Virus record (IMG/VR): IMGVR_UViG_3300008267_000265
Span: 15,662-79,661 of that record
Direction: 5' to 3' (one strand)
Source of the DNA: a virus
DNA: 64,000 bases
Below, one piece after another: positions 1 through 11,146 of the stretch. The number at the start of each line of letters is the position of its first letter. The first letter of the stretch is position 1. Below the pieces are notes generated by a model that was given only the letters and a program-made list of their open reading frames with translations, did not search any database and was not told where the DNA came from. The position numbers and the translations under genes were made by a program.

Positions 1-1580
1 TTGTAGACTGTATACCTACAATGAGCTGATGTCCACGATCCAGTTGCTTGCTGGAACATATTGTTCGATCCAACTATTGTAGATGCATACTTTGAGAAAT
101 CTGTTAGTGTTTCGTCTATTGTAAGTGTTGATGTTACAACGAAGTTTGATCCACTCTGTGCATTTATTGCATTAATTACAGTTCCAGTTACTAGTGACGC
201 TGTTTGAGCAAAACTTGCTGTACCTGCAAACTGAGATGTGTTGGATCCAGTGTACGCGTTAAAGCTCGACGTCGTCACTAATCCACTAGTATCTACTGAT
301 CCACCTCCTGCATTCATAGCATATGATGCTGTTAGTGCGTATGATGATGATCCTAATAGTGATCCTGTTATATTCGCAGCAAGTAATGATCCAGTTACTG
401 TAAGCCCGTTTGTAAAATTACCTGAGCCTGATACATCTAGTTTGTAGTTTGGAGTGGTTGTACTTATACCTACATTTGTATTAGCTCTAATATAGAGAGC
501 AGTATCTAAAATAGAAGAACCATTTCTTACTTGAATAAAAAAATCACCAGTATAAAGACCTGTACCTCCACCTAATGTTATTAATCTAGATCCTAATCTA
601 GCTACAGCTGTAGGACCATTACCATGAGCAAATGAAAATAGAGAAAATGTGTTAAGAGTTGTTGCTCTATTATATGTTGATATTGTAGATCCTAATGTCA
701 AATCTGTTAAATCAGTTTGAGAATCAGCGGTTGTTACTCGAAGTACATTAGTACTAAAAGTACTTCCACTTACTTCTAATCTAGTATCAGGACTATTTAC
801 TCCTATACCAACTCTATTAGCGCCTCCATCTACAAATAATGTATTACTATCTATATTTAGATTACCCAACAAACTCATAGTAGCCGCATTCATTACAATG
901 CTATCTGTTGTAGCATCGCCAAATGTCATATTCCCTGAGACGATTAGATTTCCATTTAAGACAGTTGCTCCTGAAACAAATAAGGATCCTGATGTGCTTG
1001 GTCCATTTATTGCTATTCTATATCCTAAATCTCTAATAGTGATACCACTTTGAGATGGTTCAAATACGAAGTTTCCTGATGAGGAGAACATAGTAGCTAC
1101 TACTGTATTTCCTGCGCTGCCTGATTGAAAAACTAGATCGCGTGTATTTGCTCGTATGATATTTGTTACAATGTGAGATGTAAATGTGTTACCGCTTGCT
1201 CTCATATCTCCAGATACATCAAGTTGCACACCAGGAGAGATTGTACCTATACCAACTCTATTAGCTGCTCCATCAACATATAAAGTATTACTATCTATAT
1301 TTAATATACCATTACCACTGCCTAGACTCATTGTGGTAGCGGTTAATGTAATAGTATCTGTACTTGTATCACCTAATGCAACGTTGCCTGATACGATTAA
1401 ATTATTTCTCACAGTAAAGGCATCAGCGCTTGATGCTGTGGCGGCATGAGATGCACTGACGGTGTTTAGAACATTATTAGCCCAGCTCGCAGTTCCAAAT
1501 AAACTACCCGTAAAGCTAGTTGCAGTTACTGATCCTGTTACATTTAGTGATCCTGTTACTATGGGTTGAAATATTCTCAT
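1..1580 (-). CDS. Tail fibre-like structural protein (partial, runs off the window's left end)
   Basis: Own translation from ATG at 1580: MRIFQPIVTGSLNVTGSVTATSFTGSLFGTASWA...; repeated NRVGIGT.SP...LDVSG fibre motifs; open to the window edge. Absent from the ORF track because it has no stop in the window. Confidence 0.75.
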   Translation of the reverse strand, partial: MRIFQPIVTGSLNVTGSVTATSFTGSLFGTASWANNVLNTVSASHAATASSADAFTVRNNLIVSGNVALGDTSTDTITLTATTMSLGSGNGILNIDSNTLYVDGAANRVGIGTISPGVQLDVSGDMRASGNTFTSHIVTNIIRANTRDLVFQSGSAGNTVVATMFSSSGNFVFEPSQSGITIRDLGYRIAINGPSTSGSLFVSGATVLNGNLIVSGNMTFGDATTDSIVMNAATMSLLGNLNIDSNTLFVDGGANRVGIGVNSPDTRLEVSGSTFSTNVLRVTTADSQTDLTDLTLGSTISTYNRATTLNTFSLFSFAHGNGPTAVARLGSRLITLGGGTGLYTGDFFIQVRNGSSILDTALYIRANTNVGISTTTPNYKLDVSGSGNFTNGLTVTGSLLAANITGSLLGSSSYALTASYAMNAGGGSVDTSGLVTTSSFNAYTGSNTSQFAGTASFAQTASLVTGTVINAINAQSGSNFVVTSTLTIDETLTDFSKYASTIVGSNNMFQQATGSWTSAHCRYTVY

Positions 1581-1583
1581 CTT

Positions 1584-4500
1584 TTATGCTATCTGTGTTA
1601 CTGTTACTGTTATTGATGGTGTTGCTGGGAATCCACTTCCTGCAGCAGTATACGGAAAGGATGTATTTGCTCCGTTGGAATGGTACCATATTTCGATATA
1701 CTCTCCTGCGTTTATAGATTGTGCAAATTGAGACGTTACAGCTGTTTGACTATTGTTTTCCAATTGTATAATCGTACTCGAATTATCTACATTAGATCCT
1801 GTTTTCCTAAACCATATACGTAAGGTAGGTGTAGTATTTCCTTGTTGTGCTAGTGCTGCGTATTGTATGTTATATAATCCTGTGTTTTCAAAAGTCATCC
1901 TACTACTACTAACTATACTTACACCGTCCTTAAAATATGTTAGTGGTAGTTCAATAGACGCTGATACGTTTTGAGTCGCTGTTATAGAGCCGGTATTAGC
2001 AAATTGAGCATAGTTAAATAGTTTGTTACCCCATCTTGTAAATGAAGAACCGCTTATAACGTTGATGTTGCCTATTACATTTAATGATCCTGTTATAGTT
2101 GAATTACCTGTAAGGCTTTGGTTTCCATTAATGAAGGACGACCCTGTAAAATACTGAGATCCGGTTACTGTGAATGTCGTATTTGAGAATGTAGAGGTGC
2201 CCCTTACGTCGAAGTTTCCTAGTACTTTTGTTGATCCAGTTACTATAAACTCACTATTGTGAAAATTAGAAGATCCACTAACTTCAATACTACCGCTCAT
2301 TACCGTATTCCCCAAAATTGTATTACTTCCACTTAGAGTGTGGTTACCGTAGAACGCCGATGTACCGTTAAATGTCTGAGATCCACTTATGTTAATTGAT
2401 CCTGATAGTACTGTGTTTCCTATTAATGTGTTATTGCCCGTTTGTGTTGTTGAACCGGTAATGTTGACCGATCCTGTAAAGTATGAGTTACCTACTTGAT
2501 TTCCTATACCTGTGAATGTCTGAGATCCGCTTATATCTATACTACCGCTTAAAACTGTAGTACCTATTAATATATTATTACCGGTTTGTGTAGTAGAGCC
2601 TGTTACACTTAGAGAGCCAGTTAAAGTAGTTAGCCCTATATTTGTGAATGTACTCGATCCAGATACGGTAAGTGAACCAGTTATTGTGTATGATCCACTT
2701 AGTTGTTTTGTATTAACCCAAACACCGTTACCGTTGCGCATTAGTAAATCTCCATATGCTAATGAACCTGTATTAATCAATACATTGTGAAGCTCATCTA
2801 ATTCATAGCCGTTATCCACTTTTACAAAGATAGATCCGTTAGGACTTGCTTGTACAACGTATCCTAATCTAACTGAGTGACTTGGGGCAGATGGTGGTAT
2901 ATTCGTTATTCCTCCAAATGTAGTGGGAGACAGATAAAGTCCGTCTCCATCAACCCAAGTTTCTCCTTGCAATGTTCCTCTTGTATCAATATTTCGTACT
3001 AATCCATAGGTAGTAACAAAACCTTCTTGGTTAATAGCTATATTCTCTGTTACTAATCCTATTGTATCTAATGAATTTGCATCACCATCTCCTTTAGCTA
3101 GTGCCACTTTTATTCTATTTCCTTGAGCACCATCCAATCTTACAACCTGATATCCTGCTTCTGTTAGGTTGGTTCCGGTTTTGTTTACGACACGGACTAC
3201 TTCTTCTTGTCCTATTTGTAAAGTAACGCTGCCTCCTTTTAATCCTAAATCTAATGTACCGTCGACATCATTCCATTTTAATCTACCTACTGCTCCTGCA
3301 TTTGATGCCGTTGTATCAAAGTCGATATAATCAACTCCTGATATGTAGGATGACCCCGACATTATGATAGAGCCTGTTAGTATTACATCTTGATATAGTG
3401 GATTAAGGTAGGATGCTGTTTGTGAATTTATAGCATTACTAGCACTAGTTGCCCAGCTCGCAGTTCCAAATAGTGATCCCGTAGCTCCATTTACTAAAGT
3501 TACACTACCGTTAAATGTAGTTGATCCTGATATTGATAATGAACCTGTTATTGTTTGGTTGCCTCTAAATGTATTTGATCCTGTTGTTGCTAATGATGCT
3601 GACTTGGCTACAAATACTGGATCTGTTTCTATGTAGTATGACGCTGTCTGAGCATAGTCTGAGAAAGTTGCGTATGATGCTGATAAGGCTGTTCCTGTTG
3701 TACCGCCCGTAGATCCAATAGCAAATCCACTTTCTTGAGTCGGAAATGTTATAATAGCACTTGCTGTGTCTACTAGTTGTATGTTTTCCGGTATGATTTG
3801 ATTATAGTTAGAATCAAATACAGTTATGATAGGTGTTCTAGTACCGAGATCGTGGTTGAACGTAAAAGATGTTGTGTTGACGAAAGATCCGGTTACGAGT
3901 GATCCTGAAATGATTGTTACGCCTCCGCCTGCAGATGCTATAACTGTTACCGCTCCTTGACCGTTAGATGGGAGGAGTGTTATACCCGATCCAGCTATTA
4001 GCTGCGTTACACCTCCATTTCCTGCTATTGCTGCATAGTCAGCAGAAGTTGCAGTATTCGACTGTAGGGCATGTGATGCACTTGTTACTGTTCCTACTAC
4101 GTTTGCCGCAGCTACAAATGAAGCTGTTTGTGCAGTTTGTACATACGATGCTGTTTGAGCAAATGAGCTACTGACTGCTTGTAATACGTAAGATGCAGTT
4201 TGAGCAAATGAAGCTGTTTGTGCTAGTGATGCTGTAGTTGCAAATGAACTACTAACTGCTTCTAGTACGTAGGATGCTGTTTGAGCAAATGATGCCGTCT
4301 GTGCTAGTGATGCTGTAAAAGCATACGAAGCTGTGCCTGCGAATTGAGACGTATTTGATCCTGTGTATGCATTGAAGCTTGACGTTGTAACAACCGAGCT
4401 TGTAAACGCATTGAAAGAACTTGTTGTTACGAATGATCCTGTATCGACTGCAGAACCTCCTGCATTTAATGCGTAGGATGCTGTTAAAGCGTACGATGCA

Positions 4501-5879
4501 CTTCCAAACAGCGATCCAGTAATACTTGATGCATTTAAGGAACCTGTGATCTGTTGACTACCTGATACTATTACCGTTCCTACTAATGTTTGTACATCGT
4601 CCGTGTTATCACCAAATATATTTGATCCACTTGAGTATATTACAGAGGCTGATTCGTAGGTTACATTTAGAAATGTTACCGATGCTGTTCCGTTTACAGT
4701 TACATTTCCATTTATCGTACCTCCTGTGAGTGGTAGATAGGCTGGTGCGAAAGATGCTGTTTCAGCGTAGCTTGCACTTCCGTATAGTGATCCGGTTATA
4801 CCTCCGAGTACAACTAGGTCTGTATCAATCTCTAACGAACCAGTTATGTTGTGGAGGTTGTTAGCATTTAATTCAAACTTCCTATCTACTTCTGTATCCG
4901 GTCCGCCTACAAAGAACTGTAGTGGTTTATTAGGAGTTGCATTACCAATGTGAAGATGGCTACCAGTAGCGTATAGGTATGCATCATTAGGTCCACCTAA
5001 GAATCCGCTGAAGTTATCGCTATTGATACCCATATCAATGTAGTTGCCATTCTCGTTTCCGTTACCTGCTGTTGCAACTACATCTGATGATGCATTCGTA
5101 CCTTGATTTGTATTTTGAATGTTAAGCTGTAGGTAGCTATTAAGGTTACCTTTACCGCTTATTACATTAATTGATGTTGGATTTGGTTGATAGACGTATA
5201 ATGCTTCTGGATTGTCTATTGTAGCATTGTCTTGGTTTATTACTACAGTGCTGGAACCTGATTGATATAGAGAGCTTGTAGCAAGTGTTGTATCTGTGAT
5301 GAAATATGGTATGTGAGTTGCTTTACCTCCTAAAATAGCTGATGCTGTTGTTGAGTTAAGAGCGTATGACGCACTCACTGCATTTTGTGCGTAGGATGCT
5401 GTTTGTGCGTTTTGTGCGTATGAGGCTGTTCTTGCATAACTAGCTGTCACTGCAAAACTACTACTCAATACCCTCATCGAACTAGTCTGCGATGTCAACA
5501 CATAAGGTGCTAACATAGAGCTAGTTGCGGTCAGCGGTAAGTAGGCTGGTGCAAAGGATGCTGTTGAGGCATTTGTTGCATTTAGTGCATATGATGAGCT
5601 GATTGCATTATCGATCGTACCTGATACGTTTACTGCGTACGATGCTGTTAGAGCATTTATAGACCAGCTAGCTGTTGCAGCGTAGGATGCTGTGCCCGGA
5701 AAAGATCCCGTATACGTAGTGGAAACTAGAGAGACTATTGATTGTGTAGTATCGACTTCTTGCTTAAGATAGACGGCACCGTCGTAGGTATTAATTGCTA
5801 ACTCACCTAAGTCTAGCGATGCGGTGGTTGGTATTTTACCTGGTACGGAACTACGTTTCAGTTCTATCTTAACTGCCAT
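1584..5879 (-). CDS. Long tail fibre / receptor-binding protein, 1431 aa
   Basis: N-terminal KIELKRSSVPGKIP...LGELAINTYDG fibre-anchor motif; TASYA/TGS repeats; beta-rich C1q/BclA-like C-terminal region. Confidence 0.75.
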   Translation of the reverse strand: MAVKIELKRSSVPGKIPTTASLDLGELAINTYDGAVYLKQEVDTTQSIVSLVSTTYTGSFPGTASYAATASWSINALTASYAVNVSGTIDNAISSSYALNATNASTASFAPAYLPLTATSSMLAPYVLTSQTSSMRVLSSSFAVTASYARTASYAQNAQTASYAQNAVSASYALNSTTASAILGGKATHIPYFITDTTLATSSLYQSGSSTVVINQDNATIDNPEALYVYQPNPTSINVISGKGNLNSYLQLNIQNTNQGTNASSDVVATAGNGNENGNYIDMGINSDNFSGFLGGPNDAYLYATGSHLHIGNATPNKPLQFFVGGPDTEVDRKFELNANNLHNITGSLEIDTDLVVLGGITGSLYGSASYAETASFAPAYLPLTGGTINGNVTVNGTASVTFLNVTYESASVIYSSGSNIFGDNTDDVQTLVGTVIVSGSQQITGSLNASSITGSLFGSASYALTASYALNAGGSAVDTGSFVTTSSFNAFTSSVVTTSSFNAYTGSNTSQFAGTASYAFTASLAQTASFAQTASYVLEAVSSSFATTASLAQTASFAQTASYVLQAVSSSFAQTASYVQTAQTASFVAAANVVGTVTSASHALQSNTATSADYAAIAGNGGVTQLIAGSGITLLPSNGQGAVTVIASAGGGVTIISGSLVTGSFVNTTSFTFNHDLGTRTPIITVFDSNYNQIIPENIQLVDTASAIITFPTQESGFAIGSTGGTTGTALSASYATFSDYAQTASYYIETDPVFVAKSASLATTGSNTFRGNQTITGSLSISGSTTFNGSVTLVNGATGSLFGTASWATSASNAINSQTASYLNPLYQDVILTGSIIMSGSSYISGVDYIDFDTTASNAGAVGRLKWNDVDGTLDLGLKGGSVTLQIGQEEVVRVVNKTGTNLTEAGYQVVRLDGAQGNRIKVALAKGDGDANSLDTIGLVTENIAINQEGFVTTYGLVRNIDTRGTLQGETWVDGDGLYLSPTTFGGITNIPPSAPSHSVRLGYVVQASPNGSIFVKVDNGYELDELHNVLINTGSLAYGDLLMRNGNGVWVNTKQLSGSYTITGSLTVSGSSTFTNIGLTTLTGSLSVTGSTTQTGNNILIGTTVLSGSIDISGSQTFTGIGNQVGNSYFTGSVNITGSTTQTGNNTLIGNTVLSGSINISGSQTFNGTSAFYGNHTLSGSNTILGNTVMSGSIEVSGSSNFHNSEFIVTGSTKVLGNFDVRGTSTFSNTTFTVTGSQYFTGSSFINGNQSLTGNSTITGSLNVIGNINVISGSSFTRWGNKLFNYAQFANTGSITATQNVSASIELPLTYFKDGVSIVSSSRMTFENTGLYNIQYAALAQQGNTTPTLRIWFRKTGSNVDNSSTIIQLENNSQTAVTSQFAQSINAGEYIEIWYHSNGANTSFPYTAAGSGFPATPSITVTVTQIA

Positions 5880-5941
5880 ATCTAGGAGCGTTTAAAGTAT
5901 ATACTACGAGGACTTATATAAGCCGTTTATAAATAGTATAC

Positions 5942-6424
5942 TTAGAAGGTTCCCCCGTCGATTGTATTGGTTGGTTCCATGGATCCTGATACGGATACGA
6001 TAAAGTCTTCGTTAGGTACGAATGGTAGATTTAGGTCTTGTGCAAAGGTCGTTGATCCTGATACATACAAGCTGCCAGAAATAATAATGTCGTTGTTAGC
6101 GGTTCCGTTGAGCGCACTAATAATTCTAAGAACGTGATCAGCTTTAATGATTGCTCCAGGATAAATTCCATCAGTTGAGATTGTACCGCTGGTAGGTGTT
6201 GGGGTGTAGATTATGATTGGTCCACCAACATTCGCTCCAGATACGAAGGATGCACTAGTTGGTGGTATATTAAAACCTGTTAAGTTATTAATTTGATTAA
6301 CTATGCTATTTACAGATCCACTTCCAACTGGTTGAGATGCACTTATAATATAGCCACTAGCACTTGGAATTAGGTACCCAGTCAAACTGTTTATCTGGCT
6401 TATTATATCTCCTAGTGTACTCAT
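5942..6424 (-). CDS. Putative virion structural protein
   Basis: 160 aa, SGS/SAS rich, ends IDGGTF (common fibre-associated terminus), overlaps the upstream gene (ATGA). Confidence 0.6.
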   Translation of the reverse strand: MSTLGDIISQINSLTGYLIPSASGYIISASQPVGSGSVNSIVNQINNLTGFNIPPTSASFVSGANVGGPIIIYTPTPTSGTISTDGIYPGAIIKADHVLRIISALNGTANNDIIISGSLYVSGSTTFAQDLNLPFVPNEDFIVSVSGSMEPTNTIDGGTF

Positions 6425-7281
6425 AAGGCTTGTTCGGTGTTAAATACTATCTTGCATAGGTTGTATGTCTTACCTTGTAGCTGTGCTAGGAAGGCATTTA
6501 TGGAGTCTGGTATTAGATATCCATTCAGCGTCATATCGAATTCTGTTCTTACTAATCTATCCTCACCTTGTTCATACGTCTGAGAATCCGTAAACGTTTC
6601 AATTTTTGTTAAGAATTGAAATCTTGATGGATCACCCCAATAAGAATTGGATGCGAAATTTACCGCTTCTATTAGCTTATCCATCTGCTCTACGAAGTTA
6701 GTCCACATTAGACATCTGTAGTTTACTGTAACATAGTCCGGTGTTACTGTTACAACGAATTCTTTTTGTGGTGTTTGGTTCCGCAGTACTGCGAAGTTAT
6801 CGTATACGTTTCTTCTTGAGTATGACTTTTCAAATAATTGCACGTTGTGAGCATTGTTACCATCCAACTTGTTACCAAGTGTGCGATTCTGTACAACAGA
6901 CTCTCTTTTAAACATCACAAGTGGTGACATAATTCTAGCTGCTCCGTCTCTGTAGTATCCGTCTGCTTGTACTGATTTCCACTTTTCAGGTGATCCGTAT
7001 ATGATTGGCACTAGTACTGACTCATTGTTCTGGTATACTGATAGCTTGAGGACATTATCAAAATAGTACATGATAGCTTCGTCAATATCCTTTATACCAA
7101 TAGAAAACTTCTTATCTTGCAGATCCTTTAAAGATGTCTCATATGCACGATTAAACTCAGGTTGACCTGGTTTGAACGGTTCAGAGAATACAATGTTAGG
7201 ATTACCGTACTGTGGGTCGTACGGATTCACTAACTTATTCATGAACTCCCTTCTAGTTTGTGGTCTTACTTGTTGTCCCAT
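6421..7281 (-). CDS. Tail terminator / sheath stabiliser (T4 gp15-like)
   Basis: VPIIYGSPEKW...P motif and P.YVTVNY...QMDKLIE; position after the neck genes. Confidence 0.7.
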   Translation of the reverse strand: MGQQVRPQTRREFMNKLVNPYDPQYGNPNIVFSEPFKPGQPEFNRAYETSLKDLQDKKFSIGIKDIDEAIMYYFDNVLKLSVYQNNESVLVPIIYGSPEKWKSVQADGYYRDGAARIMSPLVMFKRESVVQNRTLGNKLDGNNAHNVQLFEKSYSRRNVYDNFAVLRNQTPQKEFVVTVTPDYVTVNYRCLMWTNFVEQMDKLIEAVNFASNSYWGDPSRFQFLTKIETFTDSQTYEQGEDRLVRTEFDMTLNGYLIPDSINAFLAQLQGKTYNLCKIVFNTEQAL

Positions 7282-7282
7282 A

Positions 7283-7774
7283 TTATAATCTTTGGCGTGT
7301 AATACCCAATCTTTCTGGTGATGTTAAGTGAGCGTTTAGTATTATTGAGAAGCTGCCACCAAAGTTTTGTAATCCATCAGAGTATGTATAATCCGGATCT
7401 TTACCAAGTATTAATTGGTTTTCATTGGTATTATCAACTTCGTAGTATAGCTCATTATACATAATAATATCGCCAGTTTCTGGTACGACGTTTGCAGTTA
7501 TTAGATCGTCTTTTAAGAATCTAAAAACAACCTCTCGTCTACTGTCTGGTCCAAAGCTATCAGCTACTGTTGTAAAGTCTCCTCTCTCAATCAAACAGTC
7601 TATCAATACAGGTCCAATATAGTCTTTTACCAAAGCTTCACCGTACACATTGGGTTGTGTATTAGGTAGTATTACTTTGTAGTATCCTATCTGCTGAGTA
7701 GCAACGTTGTGAACGAATTCCATTGAAATTCCTTTAAACATTGTTACGTCTCGTACTGTTCCAAATAATGCCAT
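7283..7774 (-). CDS. Head closure / neck protein (T4 gp14-like)
   Basis: NVYGEA..K and VPETGDIIMYNELYYEV motifs; lies between gp13- and gp15-like genes. Confidence 0.65.
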   Translation of the reverse strand: MALFGTVRDVTMFKGISMEFVHNVATQQIGYYKVILPNTQPNVYGEALVKDYIGPVLIDCLIERGDFTTVADSFGPDSRREVVFRFLKDDLITANVVPETGDIIMYNELYYEVDNTNENQLILGKDPDYTYSDGLQNFGGSFSIILNAHLTSPERLGITRQRL

Positions 7775-7775
7775 G

Positions 7776-8963
7776 TTATCCTATGTACACCATCATCGGT
7801 ATACTATTTAGTGTATCGTTTAATGATTGATTCTCTGATTGCTTTCTTTCTAGTTGAGCCTTTCTTGACATCTCTTCTAGATCTCCTCTTAGCTTCTCTC
7901 TCAAGGTTGTCTGCATTGCTTGTCCTCGTGATATTAGATCAGCAAAGTTGAGAGTTACCTCTGCTCCTGGTATTGCTACTTGTTGGTACTTACCTCTAAC
8001 TAATCCTAACAACTCAGATGTCAAAGCAGCTGTGTATTCTTTGATCCACTGCTTACCTGGTTGATTGATTTCTCCGTATACAATGTTAGCATACGGTACT
8101 TGTGATGGGTTAGCTACCAATCCTTGGTTGCCGTTATACGGACTGTTGGTAGTCAAACTCATTAAATCTGATTGAAAGCAGTATTGAATAGACATGTAGG
8201 AGTATACTGATAGTCGTGGTACTGGCATTAGTCTCAAGTTTGTACCAATTATCTCGAAGCTCCAGGCTGGTAGACGAACTTGGTTTGACATCTCAAGCTC
8301 CTGGATTCTTTGAATATCCCAGAATACTGGGTATAGTGTAACACTATTACCTGCACCACCTACGCCAACTCCCATACCAAATCCACCCCAATCACCTGGT
8401 GTAGCTCCGGCTCCTCCTAATTGTGGATAGTATGCACCGTAGCCATATCCATACACAGCTGGTGGTGCTTGATACATTACTCTTTGTACGATTACTCTAT
8501 CGGTAGGATCCATGCCTTGCGTATTGACAGCCCAATCGTATAGATCGTAGTTTTGCTGGCCAGCTATCAACTCAATTGACCCTGTCCTCCAACTTACAAA
8601 TCCACCAACTCCTGCAGCTTGACCGTAGGTTTCTGATATGTTTAGGGTGTTTGTTAGGTTTGGCGACACTACTGTATTATTCAGAGTAGATCCAGTTGGA
8701 GTACCTTCAATTGTAAGATAGTTGTCTTTAATCTTAATTTGGTAGAGCTCTTCTGCGTAAATAGCAGTTGCTTCTTCAAAGCAGGCGTATATGTTGATAT
8801 CTTGAAGCTCAACATCTAATACTGGATATCCTAATTTACGAGCACAATAGTTTGCTACCTTAGGGCCGTCTGCCTGGTATACCGGGTCACTATCAAAGTA
8901 CCCGAAAGGAGTTGATCCTGAGATTGGTCCTGGTGTACCGTCGTATATTATTGGATTTGCCAT
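7776..8963 (-). CDS. Head-tail adaptor / neck protein (T4 gp13-like)
   Basis: RKLGYPVLDVEL, WIKEYTAAL..ELLGLVRGKY, IPGAEVTLN, C-terminal PMMVYIG. Confidence 0.8.
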   Translation of the reverse strand: MANPIIYDGTPGPISGSTPFGYFDSDPVYQADGPKVANYCARKLGYPVLDVELQDINIYACFEEATAIYAEELYQIKIKDNYLTIEGTPTGSTLNNTVVSPNLTNTLNISETYGQAAGVGGFVSWRTGSIELIAGQQNYDLYDWAVNTQGMDPTDRVIVQRVMYQAPPAVYGYGYGAYYPQLGGAGATPGDWGGFGMGVGVGGAGNSVTLYPVFWDIQRIQELEMSNQVRLPAWSFEIIGTNLRLMPVPRLSVYSYMSIQYCFQSDLMSLTTNSPYNGNQGLVANPSQVPYANIVYGEINQPGKQWIKEYTAALTSELLGLVRGKYQQVAIPGAEVTLNFADLISRGQAMQTTLREKLRGDLEEMSRKAQLERKQSENQSLNDTLNSIPMMVYIG

Positions 8964-8968
8964 GTTAA

Positions 8969-9634
8969 TTAGTCTCTGTGATCATTGTAGATTTTTAGAA
9001 GCTCTTCTACAATTGGATCACGGTGGTTTGTTTTAAGTGTTACTACTGAAAAACCTTTAACAGTTGTTAGATTATTGCATATAAAGTTGAATCCTGACTG
9101 CTTTCTATCTTTTAGATCCACTTGAGCAGTATCACCGCAAATAATCATCTTGCTACCCTCGCATAGACGGCCTAGAATCAGTTCCATCTGTCTGTGAGTA
9201 ATGTTCTGCCCTTCATCAACTACAACGCAGCAATTCGAAAGATTTCGCCCTCTCATGAAGGCTACTGGAATTACTTCGATGTGACCTTCTGCCAGCTCTC
9301 TGTCGATCTTCTCTTTGCTGTACAATCTATACATGTTGTCGTAGATTGCGGCTGTATAAGGAGCTAATTTAGCATCCTTATCACCAGGCATAAATCCTAA
9401 TTCTTCACCAGATGTTACAGCTGGTCTTGTTAGGATAATTTTCTCTACTTGGTGTGTAAATAAAAGATCTAAAGCTACTTGAGCTGCAACCATCGATTTA
9501 CCCGATCCTGCACCTCCTTTCAGCACTGTTATCTTATTTTCTAATATAACTGCTTTAGCTTGTTTCTGTTCTTCGTTTAGTGTAACCTGGAACTTTATTG
9601 GGTTCTTTGGTTTGCGCTTTGGTTGTGTGCTCAT
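8969..9634 (-). CDS. phoH: PhoH family ATPase
   Basis: Walker A GGAGSGKS, TRPAV, LGFMPG, FMRGR, DEGQN, GD..Q.D, HR motifs. Confidence 0.95.
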   Translation of the reverse strand: MSTQPKRKPKNPIKFQVTLNEEQKQAKAVILENKITVLKGGAGSGKSMVAAQVALDLLFTHQVEKIILTRPAVTSGEELGFMPGDKDAKLAPYTAAIYDNMYRLYSKEKIDRELAEGHIEVIPVAFMRGRNLSNCCVVVDEGQNITHRQMELILGRLCEGSKMIICGDTAQVDLKDRKQSGFNFICNNLTTVKGFSVVTLKTNHRDPIVEELLKIYNDHRD

Positions 9635-9670
9635 ACGTATACCTTTTAAATAAATAGTTTATACTACCAA

Positions 9671-9697
9671 ATAAAAAAGCCCCCATGTGGAGGCTTC
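9671..9697 (-). terminator. Rho-independent terminator
   Basis: Minus strand aagcctcc-acat-gggggctt followed by a T-run, downstream of 9719..11107. Confidence 0.75.
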
Positions 9698-9718
9698 TAT
9701 ATTATTCTTGTTTTTAAA

Positions 9719-11107
9719 TTAACCTAGACTTGATGTTACCCATCCATCTACACCTCCGTTTCCAGTGTAGATCCACAATTTGTTAGTCGCTGGTTCAACA
9801 TACATAGAGCCGGTTAATGTTAGCGATGAGCTGATTGGTATTACCAATGAGCCGCTTATTCGAACTGACCCTGATGTGATTTGATCTCCGTTAAATGTAT
9901 TTGAGCCAGTTGTTGCTAGATTTGATGCTCCTGTTATAGTACCAGGAACACTTAAAGATCCACTGGTATCGAAGGTCCATGTTTTTGTTGCTCCAATACC
10001 ATCATAGGTGTTTATAGTTACGTTACCATTTTGTATATATCCGTATCCCGACCCACCATAAATATTTACAGCACCTCCCACTGCATTAATACTGTCACCT
10101 CCTCTTATTTCTACGAATCCTGCATTACCATCATCCGTATTACCACCTTCTATTCGAACATATCCACCGCTTCCTGATAATGGTCCGTATCCACCACGTA
10201 CTTTAATATCGCCACCACTACCACCTTCCACACCGCCGCGTCCTGCCCATAGGTAGATATCACCACCTTCACTTGAGCCACTTCCTTGTCCTGGGTTGAT
10301 TACTAGTCTTTGGCTGTTAGGAAATGCAGCAGTTCCGTTAGGTGTGCTTATCACTGCTTGATCTGTACCATCGCCTAATTTTAATGTATTTGTGGTTAGA
10401 TCACCACTAGCGTTGTCCCCTCTTGGAGTAGTCAAGGATGGAAATAACGTATTCCCGTTGTCATCGAATACCCAGGTGCTTTGGGTTGAGCCTGTTTGGG
10501 AATTAATTTGAACCCAGTATTTGTCGTTAAAAGAATTATCTAAATTTCGTACAACTACATTTGCTTTTTCACCACCTAAATATAAATAAGCACTTGATGA
10601 ATCTATTGTACCACCGGCACGAATGTGAATATGATTTGGTGATGTTGGGTCTAATACTATATATTGATCAGTACCTAAATTTTCATCTGGGTTTAATTGT
10701 AATGTTGACGCTCCTAATCCGTCTCCTGAGCTCTGTGATACCGATTGTATTAAACTACCATCTCCAAAATTAATTGATCCTGATATTGTTTGATTTCCTC
10801 TGAACGTGTTTGACCCTGTTGTTGCAAACGATCCAGTATTAATATTAACTCCTCCACCACCGTTCATGGCATATGATGCTGTTAGTGCATACGATGCACT
10901 TGTTACTGTTCCTCTTACATTAGATGCTGTTACAAAAGAAGCTGTTTGAGCTGTTGTGGCTGTTCCTACGGTGCCATCTACATCAGCACCAGCAACATAG
11001 GATGCTGTTTGAGCGTAGGATGCAGTTGTGACTAAGGTTGCGTTTAAGGTTATAGTGGTTGAACCGCTGGAAAACGGTGTGATATTGTCTACTCTTAGTG
11101 TGCTCAT
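9719..11107 (-). CDS. Fibre-like virion protein
   Basis: MSTLRVDNITP N-terminus, TASYA repeats, Gly-rich GGDI.L.AG.G repeats. Confidence 0.65.
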   Translation of the reverse strand: MSTLRVDNITPFSSGSTTITLNATLVTTASYAQTASYVAGADVDGTVGTATTAQTASFVTASNVRGTVTSASYALTASYAMNGGGGVNINTGSFATTGSNTFRGNQTISGSINFGDGSLIQSVSQSSGDGLGASTLQLNPDENLGTDQYIVLDPTSPNHIHIRAGGTIDSSSAYLYLGGEKANVVVRNLDNSFNDKYWVQINSQTGSTQSTWVFDDNGNTLFPSLTTPRGDNASGDLTTNTLKLGDGTDQAVISTPNGTAAFPNSQRLVINPGQGSGSSEGGDIYLWAGRGGVEGGSGGDIKVRGGYGPLSGSGGYVRIEGGNTDDGNAGFVEIRGGDSINAVGGAVNIYGGSGYGYIQNGNVTINTYDGIGATKTWTFDTSGSLSVPGTITGASNLATTGSNTFNGDQITSGSVRISGSLVIPISSSLTLTGSMYVEPATNKLWIYTGNGGVDGWVTSSLG

Positions 11108-11146
11108 TTTCGATTGGATTATTTGTAATAAAATATTATATTTTTG

